Assembly (NCBI GenBank): GCA_030704615.1
Contig: CM060731.1
Location: 9,858,001 to 9,922,000, forward strand
Source of the DNA: Takakia lepidozioides
Taxonomy: Eukaryota > Plantae > Bryophyta
Length of the DNA stretch: 64,000 nucleotides
Direction: 5' to 3'
Position 1 is the first letter of the stretch. The number at the start of each line of letters is the position of its first letter. Below the pieces are notes generated by a model. The model searched no databases. It was not told the DNA's origin and saw only the letters and a list, made by a program, of their open reading frames with translations. Positions 50,130 through 63,950 of this stretch are shown here, piece after piece. The position numbers and the translations under genes were made by a program.

Positions 50130-51862
50130 ATGAGGCTTCTCACCCATAACATGCTTTCGTGTAACATAAAGGGGGTGACCAAGGGCTTTCCACTAGGCAT
50201 TGAGGCCACATCTGTAGAGACCAAAGAGACGGAACTCAATCCAGACTTTCTCAAGCACATCCTGCCCAAGCTTGAATGGAAAGCACTTCATGATGCAGCC
50301 GTCAGTGTATGTCAACCGCCCCTCTACTTGCTCTCGTTGTTTTGTTTTATCGCAGATTTTTATTCCAGGCTTTATGGGTCGGAGTGAAAGAACCATAATC
50401 CGTCCTTGCCAATCGCATCCTTGGCATATATTTTGACTGTCTCAGTGTAATGTGTCTTTGAAAGGTAGGCATATGCCTCTCCGGCCTTTTCTTGTCGAAG
50501 CTGAAATGTGCAGAAGTTTGAGGGGCTTCTCCCAAATAACTCAGCATTGTGAGCATTTGTGCCCTAGTGAATATTGTACGTTCTCCTTGGCACTTCCATG
50601 CTCTCTCCTTCCCCATCTGCCAACTCGAGCTTTACCCCGGCAGACGTGAAACATGAACCTGAAATAGATTTGGAGTGGAGGAGAGTACCTCGGATACTAC
50701 TTGGTATTGGGCAAAAGATAACTGGCAAATTGGGTGATAGAAGCTGAAAGCGACGTTGGTATTACACTCTCAACACCCCTACAGGAGACCACGCCAAATT
50801 TGTGCCCTGCTAAAAAGGTTTTGTAATGAATGCTCGTCTATTGCATTTTGTGACTGTTGCCCTAAGGAGTACCTTGTAGATGCAAAAGATTTGGTCAGGC
50901 TACTGAAATTTGAGTGGGTGGAGGGGTGTGCAGCTGGGGCTGACCGAACTCCCCGAGCAGGTTGAGCCTACAATGCTAGAGGACGAAGAGTTCCTCCGCA
51001 AATTCCACCACGCTCTACTTGAGGTAGCAGTCTAGTTTCTGTGTATTACCTGCTGCTTTGGGTGAAATTTCATGTTAGACGTCAAACTGGCAGGAGCCAT
51101 ATTTGGGGCACCGCAGTGCCTTACCCGGTCTAGTGGTGTGTTTTATTTGAACCCTCTCGTTCTTGAGAACCCATCATCTGGTTCTGTAGAGCTTTGCCAT
51201 CCATACAGACAGACTGAAAAGAAGAACGGTGGGGGGCGTTGGGCAGCCGGGGGCAGATGGCGTCCTGCAGGGCACTCTGCACCTGACTAGTGAATACCTC
51301 TGCAAGTCTTATGCACAGAAAAAGAGAGATGTCCTTGGGGATCCATCTCTGTGACTGTTGGCATGACCTGCCCTTCGGCCCATAGTCCCCATCTGATACG
51401 GACCTTATTTTGGCCCACTAGTGGATGTCTGTGTCCGACAGCCATATGGATTGTGCATAGCCGATAGGTATCTGGTTAAGGAGATTGATTGTTGACTTAT
51501 GGGCTGGCATTGATATCACTAATGATATGCACTGCACAACTCTCGAAGTAATATCTCCCCAAACAATCTGTGCAAAGCATTTTCAATCTTTCAGTTTCAG
51601 AGCAAAGAAACCAGACTCTAAACAACATGGTTAGGAGGTAGCCACTGTTTGACTGCTTTTACCGGTGCTGGCTCGGCATTTTGATGTCACTTTACTTCTT
51701 TTGGGACTCAAGCTTCATAACAAGGCTCTCAGAGAGAGGTGCTGTATGTGGTTCAAACAGATGCATTTGGAGGAGGGTGCTTTGATTTGCCCAGAGACAG
51801 GGCGGAGATTTCCAGTCAGTAAAGGAGTTCCCAACATGTTGCTACATGAAGATGAAGTCTAG
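50130..51862 (+). CDS. TRM112: Multifunctional methyltransferase activator subunit TRM112, 3 exons, 122 aa
   Basis: Exons 50130-50306, 50934-51023, 51761-51862. Sequence MRLLTHNMLSCNIKGVTKGFPL...LRKFHHALLE...LEEGALICPETGRRFPVSKGVPNMLLHEDEV. Confidence 0.97.
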
Positions 51863-54177
51863 AGCTTAGGACTCGAATTGCACTTTAAAGCCAAAGGCCT
51901 TCAAAACATAGTCTTGGAGAATGCTCTTGAAACTAGAATGTGCTCTATCTTGTCCATGTAGTTCAATCTTAAATTATCCAGAATTACTCTTCCTAGCATA
52001 TTTCAAGGAACTAAGCACTGAATACAGGAGGATCAAAGATTTTTCCCTGATGTTTTGAGAGACATAATAGGTTTTTATCACCAGCTTGTGCCTTCAGTTC
52101 ACAGGTAACACAGTAGCTGTCTCAGGAATGGAGGCATGACTCGAGGATCTCATGAAAGGTGTTGTCGTCCTCAATATGAAGTGCACAGCTGATCTTGTGA
52201 TTTCAAATTCGAGTAGTTGTGGGATATCATGACAAGATTTTTCCTATGTTGAATGAGAAAGAATGAGCACAGTGAAGATATATTTAGTACAAAAACTTCC
52301 GATTGAATTTGCTGCAACAATCTGGTAGCTTTAGCTAAGGTTTATGCAAATTATGGTGAAGTCATCAGGGTTTGATGATGTCAAGAAAGCACATGAGGGC
52401 TCTGTAAATTTGAGTACTAACCTTGTGATTCATATCTTTGGTCAAGAGAACAATGGAGAATTGCTCAGGGTGTTGTGATAAATTGTTGTAGGAACAATTG
52501 TCGTAGAAACAGTGTAGGTGTAGTGGATGAAAAAATTGACATTGTGTCTGCACAGACTTTGTAGATGGGGTGGACTGTGTCACACAGACATGCTGACCTT
52601 CTGTGCAGAAAGTGATGAGCTTGAGATTATTGGAGCAATGGAATTGTCAAGGCCACTGATAGCTGGCTAATATACATGAATGACTAGGTTGAATGGACAT
52701 CTGCCCTAAATAACTTGAGGTCAGGAGCAAGCAGGTATCAACTCACTTTGCTCCGCGCAAGTGAGTTGATATGTAAACATGCCCAAAGACCTTGGCCAAT
52801 TGAGCTATCAGACAAGGATCTATCACCGATGAATTATAGAAATGTACTAACTTACTACTACATGTCAAAATGTGCTTTTTTGAAGTGCTTTTTTGCCCTT
52901 TCATTTTCCTAAGAGTTTCTTCTCTATGAAAAAGTCTCTTGCAGGCGACGGACTACTCTTACTGCAAAGTTGAAGATCGATGTCTGATTTTCGGTACCCA
53001 GCACGTACAATCATCTGCATGCTTTCATGCGATGTAGCTTTTGCATCACATGGGTTTCGGGATTTGGACAAGTGATATGGTTGTATGTTGTTGAGAATAA
53101 GGACAGGAGCCTGGATGTGCAATGCTCGTCCGGTCATAAACATGCAAACCTGACAAAGATGAGCATCATAAGTGATTGAAGGGTGCTAGGTCCAAACCAG
53201 TGTAAGAGCGAGCCTTAACATAATCTTTGCATGCGTCATATCCACGATAACTTAGTTCTGACAGCACTAGCTAGTGGGCCAAGTTCTGAACATCACTTGT
53301 CTACACAATCACAGCAGGCACTCAAAAATAAGATGGACAAGAGGCCTAGGCCTGACAAGCTTGTTTGCCAATAGTTCAGTTTGCGACAACGGTGCCATCA
53401 TCCATGGACTCGGAAGTTTTCCACAAGTAGAGTAAAATGATTAGTAGATAGATGATTCCTGTACTTCATGCTCATGTTTATGAGTTGGTTATTGGTTACA
53501 CAGCCCGAGAAACCCACATCATTTGGACTCTCTGGTAGGCTACAAGAGACAACCAAACACCAAACCTCTGTAAATTCCTTTCCTTTCCCTTCCCCACCCG
53601 ATCAGTCTACCACTCAAAATCCAGCAGCCCACACCTGTTCACTGATCTCCCATTAGATTCTGTCATTTCCAGTCTGCTCCGCATGTGGGTTCTGTTCCAT
53701 ATGAAATGGCATTAGAAGAACATCCTCCTTGGACATAAGTTCTAATAAGATGATCATTGTGGTCAGACGATTTCTCCTGCAAGCCTGTCATCTTTCCCGT
53801 GGCGAACCAGATTCTTCACCTGGACCGAGAATGGCATGCATTCAGTATGGCATCTGTCCCTTCAATGAGCCTAGATTGTCCATATTAAAATGCTATATGT
53901 GGGCGATGATGATAGAGTCATGATACCTGGAGAGATTTCTACCTCTATAACTTATCAGCTCTACGGTAACCCTGGATATTAGTCACCTCTACCCTCTTTA
54001 TGTTCACTGACGTTAAAGAAACTTTATCTTTATGCTCTAAAGTCCCCCGGAAATTTTACAAGGGCCCCTCTCTCCTGCCCTCTTCAAAGCAGGTTAGTTT
54101 TTAGATCTGGAGGCGATTCGATCTGCCTCTTCTTTAAAATTATAATAGTAATAATTTTCCCCCTCAAGGCTGGCCCC

Positions 54178-55363
54178 TGTGAAGTCTGATTCGGGCGCTA
54201 TGGGTTTGTTCCCCATCCACTACCGGACTTAATCCTATTTGGGGAATGTAGTCGATAGATGGGCCTGGCAGAGAATCACGAAGAGGACGCAACTGAATCG
54301 GACTTCCAAAACGCATTCATCTACACACTCAAGCATACCATTACACCCAGCGTACACTCGCATAAGACCCAAAAGCCACCACCTCCACTGCCACGGCAGT
54401 CGAGCTTAAATAGTATTAGGTCATAATCTAATCTTAGTGCCGTGTGGCACTTACATATAGGCCAGCCAGATGCCCTTCCGGCATAGCCATAGAAAGAAGC
54501 CAGATCACCCAGATCCATCCTCATCTAATCCTAAACTAGCCATTAGAATAAGACAACACCTAATAAAGTCATCAGCTGTTGCCAGCTCATCCTCATGCGC
54601 AAGGTGTAAGTTTATCCAGACTTCATCCTGGCTCCGTCCATCCCTAAATCATCCGGGGCACATCCTTCCTCCGTTCATCCAAGTCGAAAAGGAAAGTGAG
54701 AAGGAATCCCAGCTCCACACGGCTGTCACCACAATTCCGGAATAATAATAATTTCTAACCATCCTACTGTTCTTTTGACAGTTCATATTTATCTTTTAAG
54801 TAAGCCCTTGTGAAGCCTGATTCCGGCGCTATGGGTTTGTTCTCCTTCCTCTACCGGACTTAACCTTATCTAGGGAATGTAGTCGATAGATGGGCCTGGC
54901 AGAGAAGACGGAATCTTACTGAGAGGACACCACAAACTCAGACCTCCAAAACACTTTCATCCAACCACTCAAGCACACCGTTACACCCAACGTACGCTCG
55001 CGTAAGACCCAAAAAGCTACCACCCTCACTGCCACGGCAGTGAGGTTTAAATAGTATTAGGTCATAATCTAATCCTAGTGCCGCGTGGCACTTACATATA
55101 GGTGCACCATATGCCCTTCCAGCACACAGCCATAGAAAGAAGCCAGATCACCCAGTCCCATCCTAATCTAATCCTAAACTAGCTGTTAGAATAAGGCAGC
55201 CCCTAATAAAGCCATCAGCTATTGCCAGCTCATCCTCATGCGCAAGGTGTAAGTTCATCTAGACTTCATGCTAGCTCCGTCCATCCCTTAAATCATCCGG
55301 AGCGCATCCCTGCTCCATTCATTCATGTTGAAAAGTAAGGTGAGAAGGAATCCCAGCTCCACA
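54178..55363 (-). repeat. Two diverged LTR-like units in tandem (54178-54719 and 54809-55363)
   Basis: Both run TGTGAAG...CTCCACA (TG...CA with near-inverted 7-mers), align along their length, and carry a minus-strand TATTTAA box. The spacer is 89 bp. Confidence 0.7.
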
Positions 55364-55365
55364 TA

Positions 55366-57646
55366 TGTGAAGCCTGCTAGGGCCACAAGGAACTGCGAGC
55401 TCCTACGAGTGATGAGCTCAAGAAGAACAAAAATGAAGCCTAGCCAAAACAAACTACACACCCAACACACAAGGGATGAAAAAACCTAGGGAAGAAAACC
55501 TCACCCTGCAAGCTGGGTGGAGGACAAAACATCCCATAGGAAAAACCCCAAGTGCTACAATTGGTGCAGAAAACTAGCACGAAATTCAAACACTATTCTA
55601 AAGAAGAGGATGTCATGTTTTGAGTGCGAGCTGTCCGAGCTGTGGGGGTGAAGATCACTTGACGGTTCTCAACATTCAAACAGGTTAGATCAAAAAGTAA
55701 GAGTGCAGGGAACAAGCAGTGAAACATGAATGGAGCTAGCTAAGTGAGGAGTAGATGCATGTTGGGGGAGCAAGACATACTGTCTGCTAGGAAAAATATC
55801 ATAGATAAGGTAATCAAGAAGGCGCAAGTTTCTTTGCCCCTTGGATGGGAGTCACTCGATTTCGGCACTACGCAAACACATGATTAATCCATTTACCTTT
55901 CCCACTTTTGTAAGCTAGCATGCATTCTACACACTAGCCAACCATACCATGCATCACCATTCCAAACAAAATAGGACACACAACATTTGGAAACCATTTC
56001 ATTTATAACAAAATTTGTACAACACAAGTTTTGCAATCGGATTCCTGAGCTAGCTAAGTCGGGCTAAGCATGCATTTCCTCCCCCACAATCCAAGGTTGA
56101 TGTCCCCATCAACGCTTCTTCCGCTTTTGAGGTCGCCCTTCGAAAGCTGCAACCGCCTCGGATGCGTTTCCCATTTCTGAGGCACGCACCCAAGATGCCT
56201 CAACATGATGATAGCCCTTCCATTTCACGAGATACTCCGTTTCTTGATTCTTGAACCTCCTTGACTTAAGCACTGCCTCTACCTCGTAGTGAGGTGCATT
56301 TTCATGATCCAACAGCACAGGTGGCAGACGCAACACTTGATGCCGATTCGGACGCGCTTCATCTTTGAAGTAAGGCTTCAAAAGGGAGACGAGGAATACC
56401 GGATGAACCTTGCTGTTTGCCGGCAGCTCCAATTCATACACATCCTCATTCATAACCTTCCGGATGCGAAAGAGCCTCGCATACAGAGGTACGAACTTCG
56501 GACTCACTTCCGGAGGTAGTCAAAAATTCTTGATGTTCAACCAGACCTCCGTGCATGCCTCAAACTTAACTTCCATCCACTTCCGATTCGCCTGCCGTTC
56601 ATACCGCTTCCTAGCTTTGGCAATGTTGTACTTTGCGAGCTTCAACAAATGCTCGCGTTCTTCCAGCACCGCTGCTGCTGCCGGTTCCTCAACGTCCTGG
56701 GCGGCCCAACTTGTCGGCACCAGGGGTGTTTTTCCATAGACCAATACGAAAAGGGAAACTCTCGTTGCGGAGTGTTTTGTGTTATTATAACAGAACTCTG
56801 CCGCATCCAAGTGCTCCACCCAGTCCGATTGGTCTGCGGACACGTAATTCCGCAAGATCTGCTTCACCACGGAATTCACCCTTTTCGTTTGGCCGTCCAT
56901 CGTAGGTCGGAAGGCGGTGCTCATCTTGAGCCTTGTCCCCATTTTCTTCCAAAGTGCCCTGCAAAATTTACTTGTAAACTATGGATCGCGATCCGAGACA
57001 ATATCCTTCGGGAGTCCATGATGCTTGAAGACGTGGGCGAAGTTAAGTCGCCCCGTTTCCTGCGCCGTTGCCGTCTCCTTGGTGGGGATGAAATGGCCCA
57101 TTTTACTGAACCTATCCACCACCACCATGATTGCATCGAATCTTTTTGACAGCGGCATAGCAGTCATGAAATCCATCGAGACACTTTCCCTGCAAGACCC
57201 CTCCGGAATCGGCAAGGGTTGTAACAGCCCCGCTTGCTTTTTGTACTCGCTCTAGTTTTGTTGGCATGTGGTGCATGTCTTGACATACTCCTCGGCCTCC
57301 TCCATTAGTTTGGGCGAAAAATACTCTTTCTTCAAGAGTGCCGCGGTGCGCTTGGCTCCGTCGTGGCCCGCAAGCGAGCCATCATGGCATTCTCTCAAGA
57401 GACTATCTCTGATCCTTCCCTTCGGCACGTAGAGATGCTTTTGCTTATACCGGAGCAGTCCATTTTGCAAGTGGAACTGCGATTTAACCCCCATCCTCAA
57501 GTCCCGCATCACGGACTTCGCCATCTCATCCTTCCGATAAGCCTTCCGGATCTTCCTTTGGAGCGCCGTCTCGCCCTTATACACCAACATGAGCTGCTGC
57601 TTTCTACTTAAAGCATCAGCCACCACATTGTCTCGTCCCGGTTTGA
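55366..57646 (-). mobile_element. 3' part of a Ty3/gypsy chromovirus (integrase plus chromodomain) with a probable 3' LTR
   Basis: KPGRDNVVADALSR, HHCC (CHDG..AGH...CTTCQQ), SVSMDFM, IVSDRDP, STAFRPTMDGQTKR, VHPVFLVSLLKPY, YEVEAVL...EYLVKWKGY..EASW. A PPT-like gtgggggagg lies at ~56078-56088. The LTR limits are uncertain. Confidence 0.9.
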
Positions 57647-60600
57647 CACTACACCACTCTGGCCCCAGAGTGATGAAGAACGAGTGCATTAGGACAATCG
57701 AGTGGTAAAAGACATTACGTGGCACCGGTGGTTAAGGACAGTGGTTCGAACCACTCACGTCCGGGTCCACCTGTTAGCTGACATATCACAGTGGTAAATT
57801 AACCACTGTGACATGTCAATGACGTGTCACTGAGGTAAACCAACCACTTATGACGTGTCACAGTGGTAAACTGACGTGTCATAGTGGTGAAGTAACCACT
57901 TCCATTTTGTAGTGGAGACGTGTAAGCCGGTGGTCCGTGGATGATATTGGAGATTATGTCGACACGTGGCGACACTCTCAGCATGGTTATGTGTCGTGTG
58001 TCAGTGCTACGAAATGGATGGAGTGAAACGTTCAATGACTTCCGAAACCACTTGTTGAGTGACCACAAAATGATTCATAGAGTCATTCTACGAAAACTGA
58101 GAATATACAATATCACTTACAGAGTGGTTATGTAAGTGGATGACGTCTCTCAGCAGGTCATTGGAATGATTACCCACAGAGTGGTGTGTAAGCTATTTGA
58201 GTCATTCATGGTGTCTCTCTGAGTGGGAACTATGGATTGGAGTCATTACTAACAGAGTGGTGTGTAAGTGATTAGGAATACCACTGGAGGAATTCATACC
58301 ACTAGTACAGTAATATATATGTGACTACTTATACCACTATACAAGTGGTAATGTAGGCAATTGTATGCATTTGGCTACTCCCACAGTTTTAAATTATATC
58401 ACTATTATAGTGATGTGCAAGTGATTATGAACATGACTAGAGGAACACATACCACTAGTGTAGTGTTTAAAGAAGTACCATTGGGGATTCAAGCTCCACA
58501 AAATAGAATACAATCCCAGAGAATTAAGTGTTGGAACACTGTCAACAAAATCCAGCCATGATAAAAGCACTAAGCCTAACTTGTACACGGCGTCTCCGCA
58601 TGCATGCTAGGAACACTGAACTGCTTTCATGCCTTCTTCTCACTGCCAGCAATGTCTATGCTCGGGCGAACGAAATCTAAGCCCTCTTCATGTTCTTCTC
58701 TGGCCAAAGACAATTCAGACCAACGACATCCTCCAACATTGTTTGCAGTGGGACCTCTTCCTCGTTAGGGTGAGGCAAGACACAATTGGCAATATAGATA
58801 TCATTTACCTCAACCCGCCACAATTCCTCGGGTATAACACGGCAGTGATATGTATATTTGTCAGGCACACCAGTGACAATTCCACTGGCAGCCATGTGTC
58901 GTGGTAAATAAGGATCATACAGGCTGATTTTGTCCTTCAACTTAAACTGCACACAACACCCACCATAAAACCCACATTAATCAACCCATGAAGACATACA
59001 TGTACATTGAAAACTAGATAATGAGGACCGCCCAGTATAAGCAATCACTGAAAGTGTAGAGTACTTTTGGTAGCATAAGAATATCTGCCACTATGGCCGG
59101 GGGTTGATATTTGGGGGTTGCCTTTGAAGGCGCCGCAGTTGGTGCACTGTCAGTGGCAGTATCAAGAGCGGCTTTCTCAGCTTGCACACATCACGCTCAA
59201 CACCCCTTAGTAGTTTCATTTAGCAATGCATCTATTAATAGTTTGAAGTACCCAACATGTAAATGGCCACATTGTACAGAACTGATAGCCAACAGGTGCA
59301 TGCATGCTCACCTCTAGTACGAAAACTGCTGCATGGAGAGGTGCCTCCTGAAGGCCCACCTGACTCTTACTCCCGCTAGAACTTGGTGTTATGTCACCAT
59401 TTGCATCAGTCAAGGACTTTGTGCCTTTGGCAGCAGTGGCTCTGGTTACACGCTCTCATTTTTGCATGTACTTCTTCTCAGCTCCCTTCACGATGGCTGG
59501 GGCAGGGTCATTTGCTTTAGTCCCCTTCTACATGCCAACAAAACAACAAGGTATAGTACATGAGTACGTCTTACCATACCTGATGCATAGAATTCATGGC
59601 ACACACCAATAAATAGATTATTCATGAAATGTTTTCAGAGTCAAAAACAGAAAGCCCAAGGACAGGAACCAAGACAAAGTCTTTGAGAGCGTACCTCTTT
59701 CTGTGGGGAAGTTGGCTTCACATGCTGATCTGCCAACCCCCTACTGTCACCCTTACCAGCACTCTCGGTGGAGCAGACGTCCTCACCAGCAGCCAATATT
59801 GCTGTCCCGCCAGCTCCACCTCCCTTTTTACGTGGCAATTTATTAGGAATTCCCTTGCGCCCCAATTTTACTTGGGTCACCACAAGGTCCTCAATGGCAG
59901 ACAACTTTGGCTTTTCCCCAACCTCAAGAGGTTCTCCCTGCACCCAAGCAAAACATACCAGAGCAGTAAACTTCAAAGTCAACTAACACTGAATGGATGA
60001 CAACCACAAAAATATGTTGGGGTGAAGGTGCACAAACCACCTTCTCCATAGCAGTCTTGCCTCCCAAGCCTGCGTCGGAATCGCAAGGTTCAATAACAGT
60101 ACATATTGGGATAGTAGTTGGAGGAGGGGCAGTTGCTGACATTCCCAACATCATTGACATCAATGCATCCAGTTTTTTGCTGTTGTCCGCAGAAGCCTTC
60201 GCAACTTTTGCTTTTATAGTGGCCAATTTGCCCTCAATCGTCGGGATCTGAACGTCTGCCAAGGCAAGCACACTGCCCTCAAGGGACGATAGTCGAGAGT
60301 GCATCGCACTGCCCCCTCCCTATACAGCCAAAGAAAGACACATTATCAGCCCGCATGGCCTGGCTACTGCTCCAGCAAAATGAATGCAACAAAAAAAAAA
60401 TACCCACACGCCATTTACCTGTGCACCTCCAATTGACTGGGAGCCTAAACCCTTGTCCGCCTTCGATGCGTGTGCCAGCTCAGTGATGCTTGGACTTCGT
60501 GCTCTCTCTTTCTTCTGCCAGGGCCACAACAACAACAAAAATTAGCCCCTATTCATCCAAACAAGTGGGGCGTTTACAGAGGCATGACTGTAGTGACAGT

Positions 60601-62400
60601 TTGCAAATACCTCACAAGGCAGAGATGGTATCCTACTCCATCACATACATGTATATATATGTACATATATATAGATGTATACATATACTAAAATGTGGTA
60701 CAGATATTCATATTACCAAGCGTCGGGCCTGTCCAGTCAACCCTGCTCTTCCAACCCTCGATGGGTTGGTAACATTGGATCGTGCTCTCTTCATGTTTTC
60801 ACTCTCTTTCTTGCCCTTGGGGGAATCCCAGTACTTCACCAATGCATCCCAATGGCAGGACTCTACACTCGGAGGGCATGGACCTCCAGCCAACCACACC
60901 AGCTTTAACTTTTGGCGGTGTACTTTTATAATCCTCCCACATGCTTTCTGGAACTTGTCAGCGCTCATAAGTTTAGGATAGTACTCAAAATCCGCGTCCA
61001 TGGATTCCTTAACCTTGGCCATGTCACTGGGTTCCTGCTTGTCTGCTAGCAAAATGCTAGGATCAAGATATCTGATGTAGAGTCCCCGCAAGGAGCTCTG
61101 CCAGTAATCCTTCCCCTCACACCCCTGGTCTACTTCCCCCTTAGAGTTTAGTTGTACCTTGTGCGGCTTCAGCCCAACAGATTTGCGGGCTTTCGCATCA
61201 GTTTCATGTTCCTTTGCAGCCAGCCTTTTTTGTCTTTTTTTGTTTGTAGCCTGCAACGCCACATCCCCTTGCTATGTGGAATCTTGATCATCACCAGCAG
61301 GGGGGGGTGAATGGAGGAGCAGCACCATTAACAGGGGGGCCTGCACACTGCCCACTAGCGGCGTTGCATGGAGGGCCCCAAGTTTGGGCACCTCCTTGTA
61401 CCCAAGCTCCTTGGGGTCCTCCATTGGACCCACTTGGAATCCATGACCACGTGTTCGCCGTATGTGGAGGGGCCATGGGCTGCTGCCAGGTAGGTGCTCC
61501 TTGCTACAGCCACGTTTGCCCACCTCTGGATTGCACCCATTGGCCATTCGGGCCTTGTTGCACCCATGTCGTAGGTGGACCAGTAGCATTCACCACAGCC
61601 TCAGTCCCCCCTTCCTTTGCGCGCTTTGATGCAGCCTAACACAAGCCCCTCCACCCCACAAAGTTAGCAATGATGGAAAATAAGGCAACCGGGCAACGAG
61701 CAAGGTTGGCAGTTCGTGAACGCATACAAACCTTGGCCCAACGTGCCAAGAAAAGTTTGGCATCCAATGGCGTGAATGCATGGAATGTCATGCTCTGGCG
61801 CCCTAGCAATGTCCCACATCCATTCAGTATTAAAACCCTAACACATGTTCTAAGCCTTTGAAATTTAATCCAGCAGTCAAGCCATACATAGTCCAACTCG
61901 AGCCATTTATGTTTCTAACAAAGTTTCCAGGTCATTCACATTTAGGAAAGAACCAAGGTTTGATATATAACATTTACCACCATATATGCAGATTGTAAAC
62001 TCATCACAAAAGCTAATTGCAGGTCTGGAGATAAATCTCCGGAACCAGGCTCAAAGCATATCAGGTTCGAAATGAAACAATCAACCACTCATGCCTTAAG
62101 TTCACATGCCAATCATAGTAGTAATAGGCTTGGTTATATAAACCAATCACCATCTCAGTCACTGTAAGCATATACATTTCATGAGCCATTCTCCAGCCTC
62201 TCCCTCACTCGCAGTCCAGCCCCACACACTCCCTTCTCCATCAGTTCATCAGTCCTAAGATCATTCCTCCGCCATACACCCCAGCCTCTTACTCACTTAG
62301 ATTTACCCTAAACCTTGCTCGGTTCTGCCTCTACCTCTGCTTTACACAAACCCTACCCTAAACCCTACACATCGTGAAAACGCTCAATTGCTTCCACAAT
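57647..62400 (-). mobile_element. CACTA (En/Spm) transposon: one terminus plus a TnpA-like gene remnant
   Basis: A CACTACACCA terminus interrupts the gypsy pol. ACCACT/AGTGGT subterminal repeats extend to ~58350. A Ptta-like domain W..LVKYWDSPKGKKESENMKRAR....PSRVGRAG lies at 60708-61262 and a Tnp1-like C-terminal domain at 58677-58952. The other TIR was not seen. Confidence 0.85.
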
Positions 62401-62421
62401 CTGAGAGGAACTAAGGGTGAC

Positions 62422-63950
62422 ATTGTACTCATAAGACGTTGTTTGCCGTAGCCTTGTGGCCATTGACCCCGCGCCCAGTTTGAGCGGGAACAAAAGGAAC
62501 AGAACCTACCTCTGTCAGGGGCTGACGTTGGTAGTAAGACTTACCTTCATATAAAGAATTAATCCGGGTTTCCAGATATCCTCTAGAAATCCCTTCACAC
62601 AAGCATCAATCTGATGTGTGTGATTTGCCCAAAAACTAGGCCTCAGGAGGGCCTGGGCTTTTGGCTCAGCCTCGAGACTTTCAAAGTTGGTAAACAGGGG
62701 TACAGGCACAATTCCCTTGATAGAATTGAAGAGAGCGTCTCTTTGGTGAGAGAACCCCGGATAGTGTATCAGAAAATGAATATTGTCTTCAGATTGCCCA
62801 CACAACGGACAATTGCACTCTCCCTTTCCTCTCTTCTTCTGTTTGTTTCAAAGGTAGGCTTCCTGCCCTGAGTTTAAATTTCAGTCTAGTGCCGAGAGTG
62901 GGTAGACCCTTGAGGTCATCCAAGATGTCGTCCCCCATGTCACTGACTGGAAACAAGTTCAGGGAAGTTTTCTGCCTAACTTCATTTTCATCAGACAATC
63001 TCATGGCAACAGACATGGCTGAGGACACTACAGCCTCTAAGTCAGATTTATCCAGCAGGGTCAAGACTTGCGGATCCAGGTCCAGGTCCTTGAGAATCTC
63101 TTCTACTCTCTTCTACCAGGACTTAGCCTGTTTGACAGGGCGGTCCTGTTTCCAAGATATAGAGTCGATTAACTTAGGATATCTGGTCTTGGGCATATGT
63201 TGCAGCTGACCCCACCATCTGACCTTGAATTCATGTCGTCGGAAGCTTAAGGACGGAATGCCAAACTCACCCTGAACAGCCACATTGGCTATTTTGGAGC
63301 ATGCTGACATACACTCCTTAAGCACCCCCACTTGAATGGATTCTACAGACTTAGCCTGGTTGGAGTTATCAGCCCATATAGCAGATTTGTACTTCCATGC
63401 AGGTCTAATAACGCGACAAAGCATGGTTTTCTAAACCTCAGAGTTGACACCTATGCAGTGGAAAAATTTAGTGAGCCCCAGACCTTTGCCTTTGCGAGTT
63501 TGAACAACTTTCCGGATATGTGCATCCCAATTACAATTGGAGGAAAACTGAACGCCCAGGTAAGTGTAGGGTTTAGGGTGGACCGGGATCTCTTGGGTAT
63601 CCCACTGCCACTGAAGATCACTTCCTCCCTCTCCTCTGTCGTTGAATGCTACCACTGCACATTTGTTGACATTAGCCTCTAGCCCCCAAAGATCAAAGTA
63701 TCTCTTCGCGCAATCAATCAACTCATGGAGATTGGTTGGAGTCTCTCCTATGCATGCGAAGTCATCCGCAAACATAAGGGCTGGTATGGTGGTATCACCC
63801 ACCCTTAACCCTAAATCCCTCGCTTTCCACATCCTCGAGGAGTTGATTGATGAAAACATTGAAGAGCAGAGGGGAGAGAGTACATCCTTGAGCTACACCT
63901 TGGTCTATGTCAAAGAAGTTGGACTTCTGTCCGTTAACAGTGACACAGCT
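62422..63950 (-). mobile_element. Second, shorter copy of the RTE-X-like LINE
   Basis: Near-identical by eye to 43982-~45509 and shares the same 3' end (attgtactcataagacgtt...). Similarity stops after gtgacacagct at 63950. Confidence 0.95.

Noticed and set aside
57647-58350. Spaced short repeats as a CRISPR-like array (also the repeats at 32620-32775)
   Set aside because: The spacing is irregular, and in the CACTA case the repeats occur in both orientations. They sit next to transposon termini and are CACTA and hAT subterminal repeats in a eukaryote.
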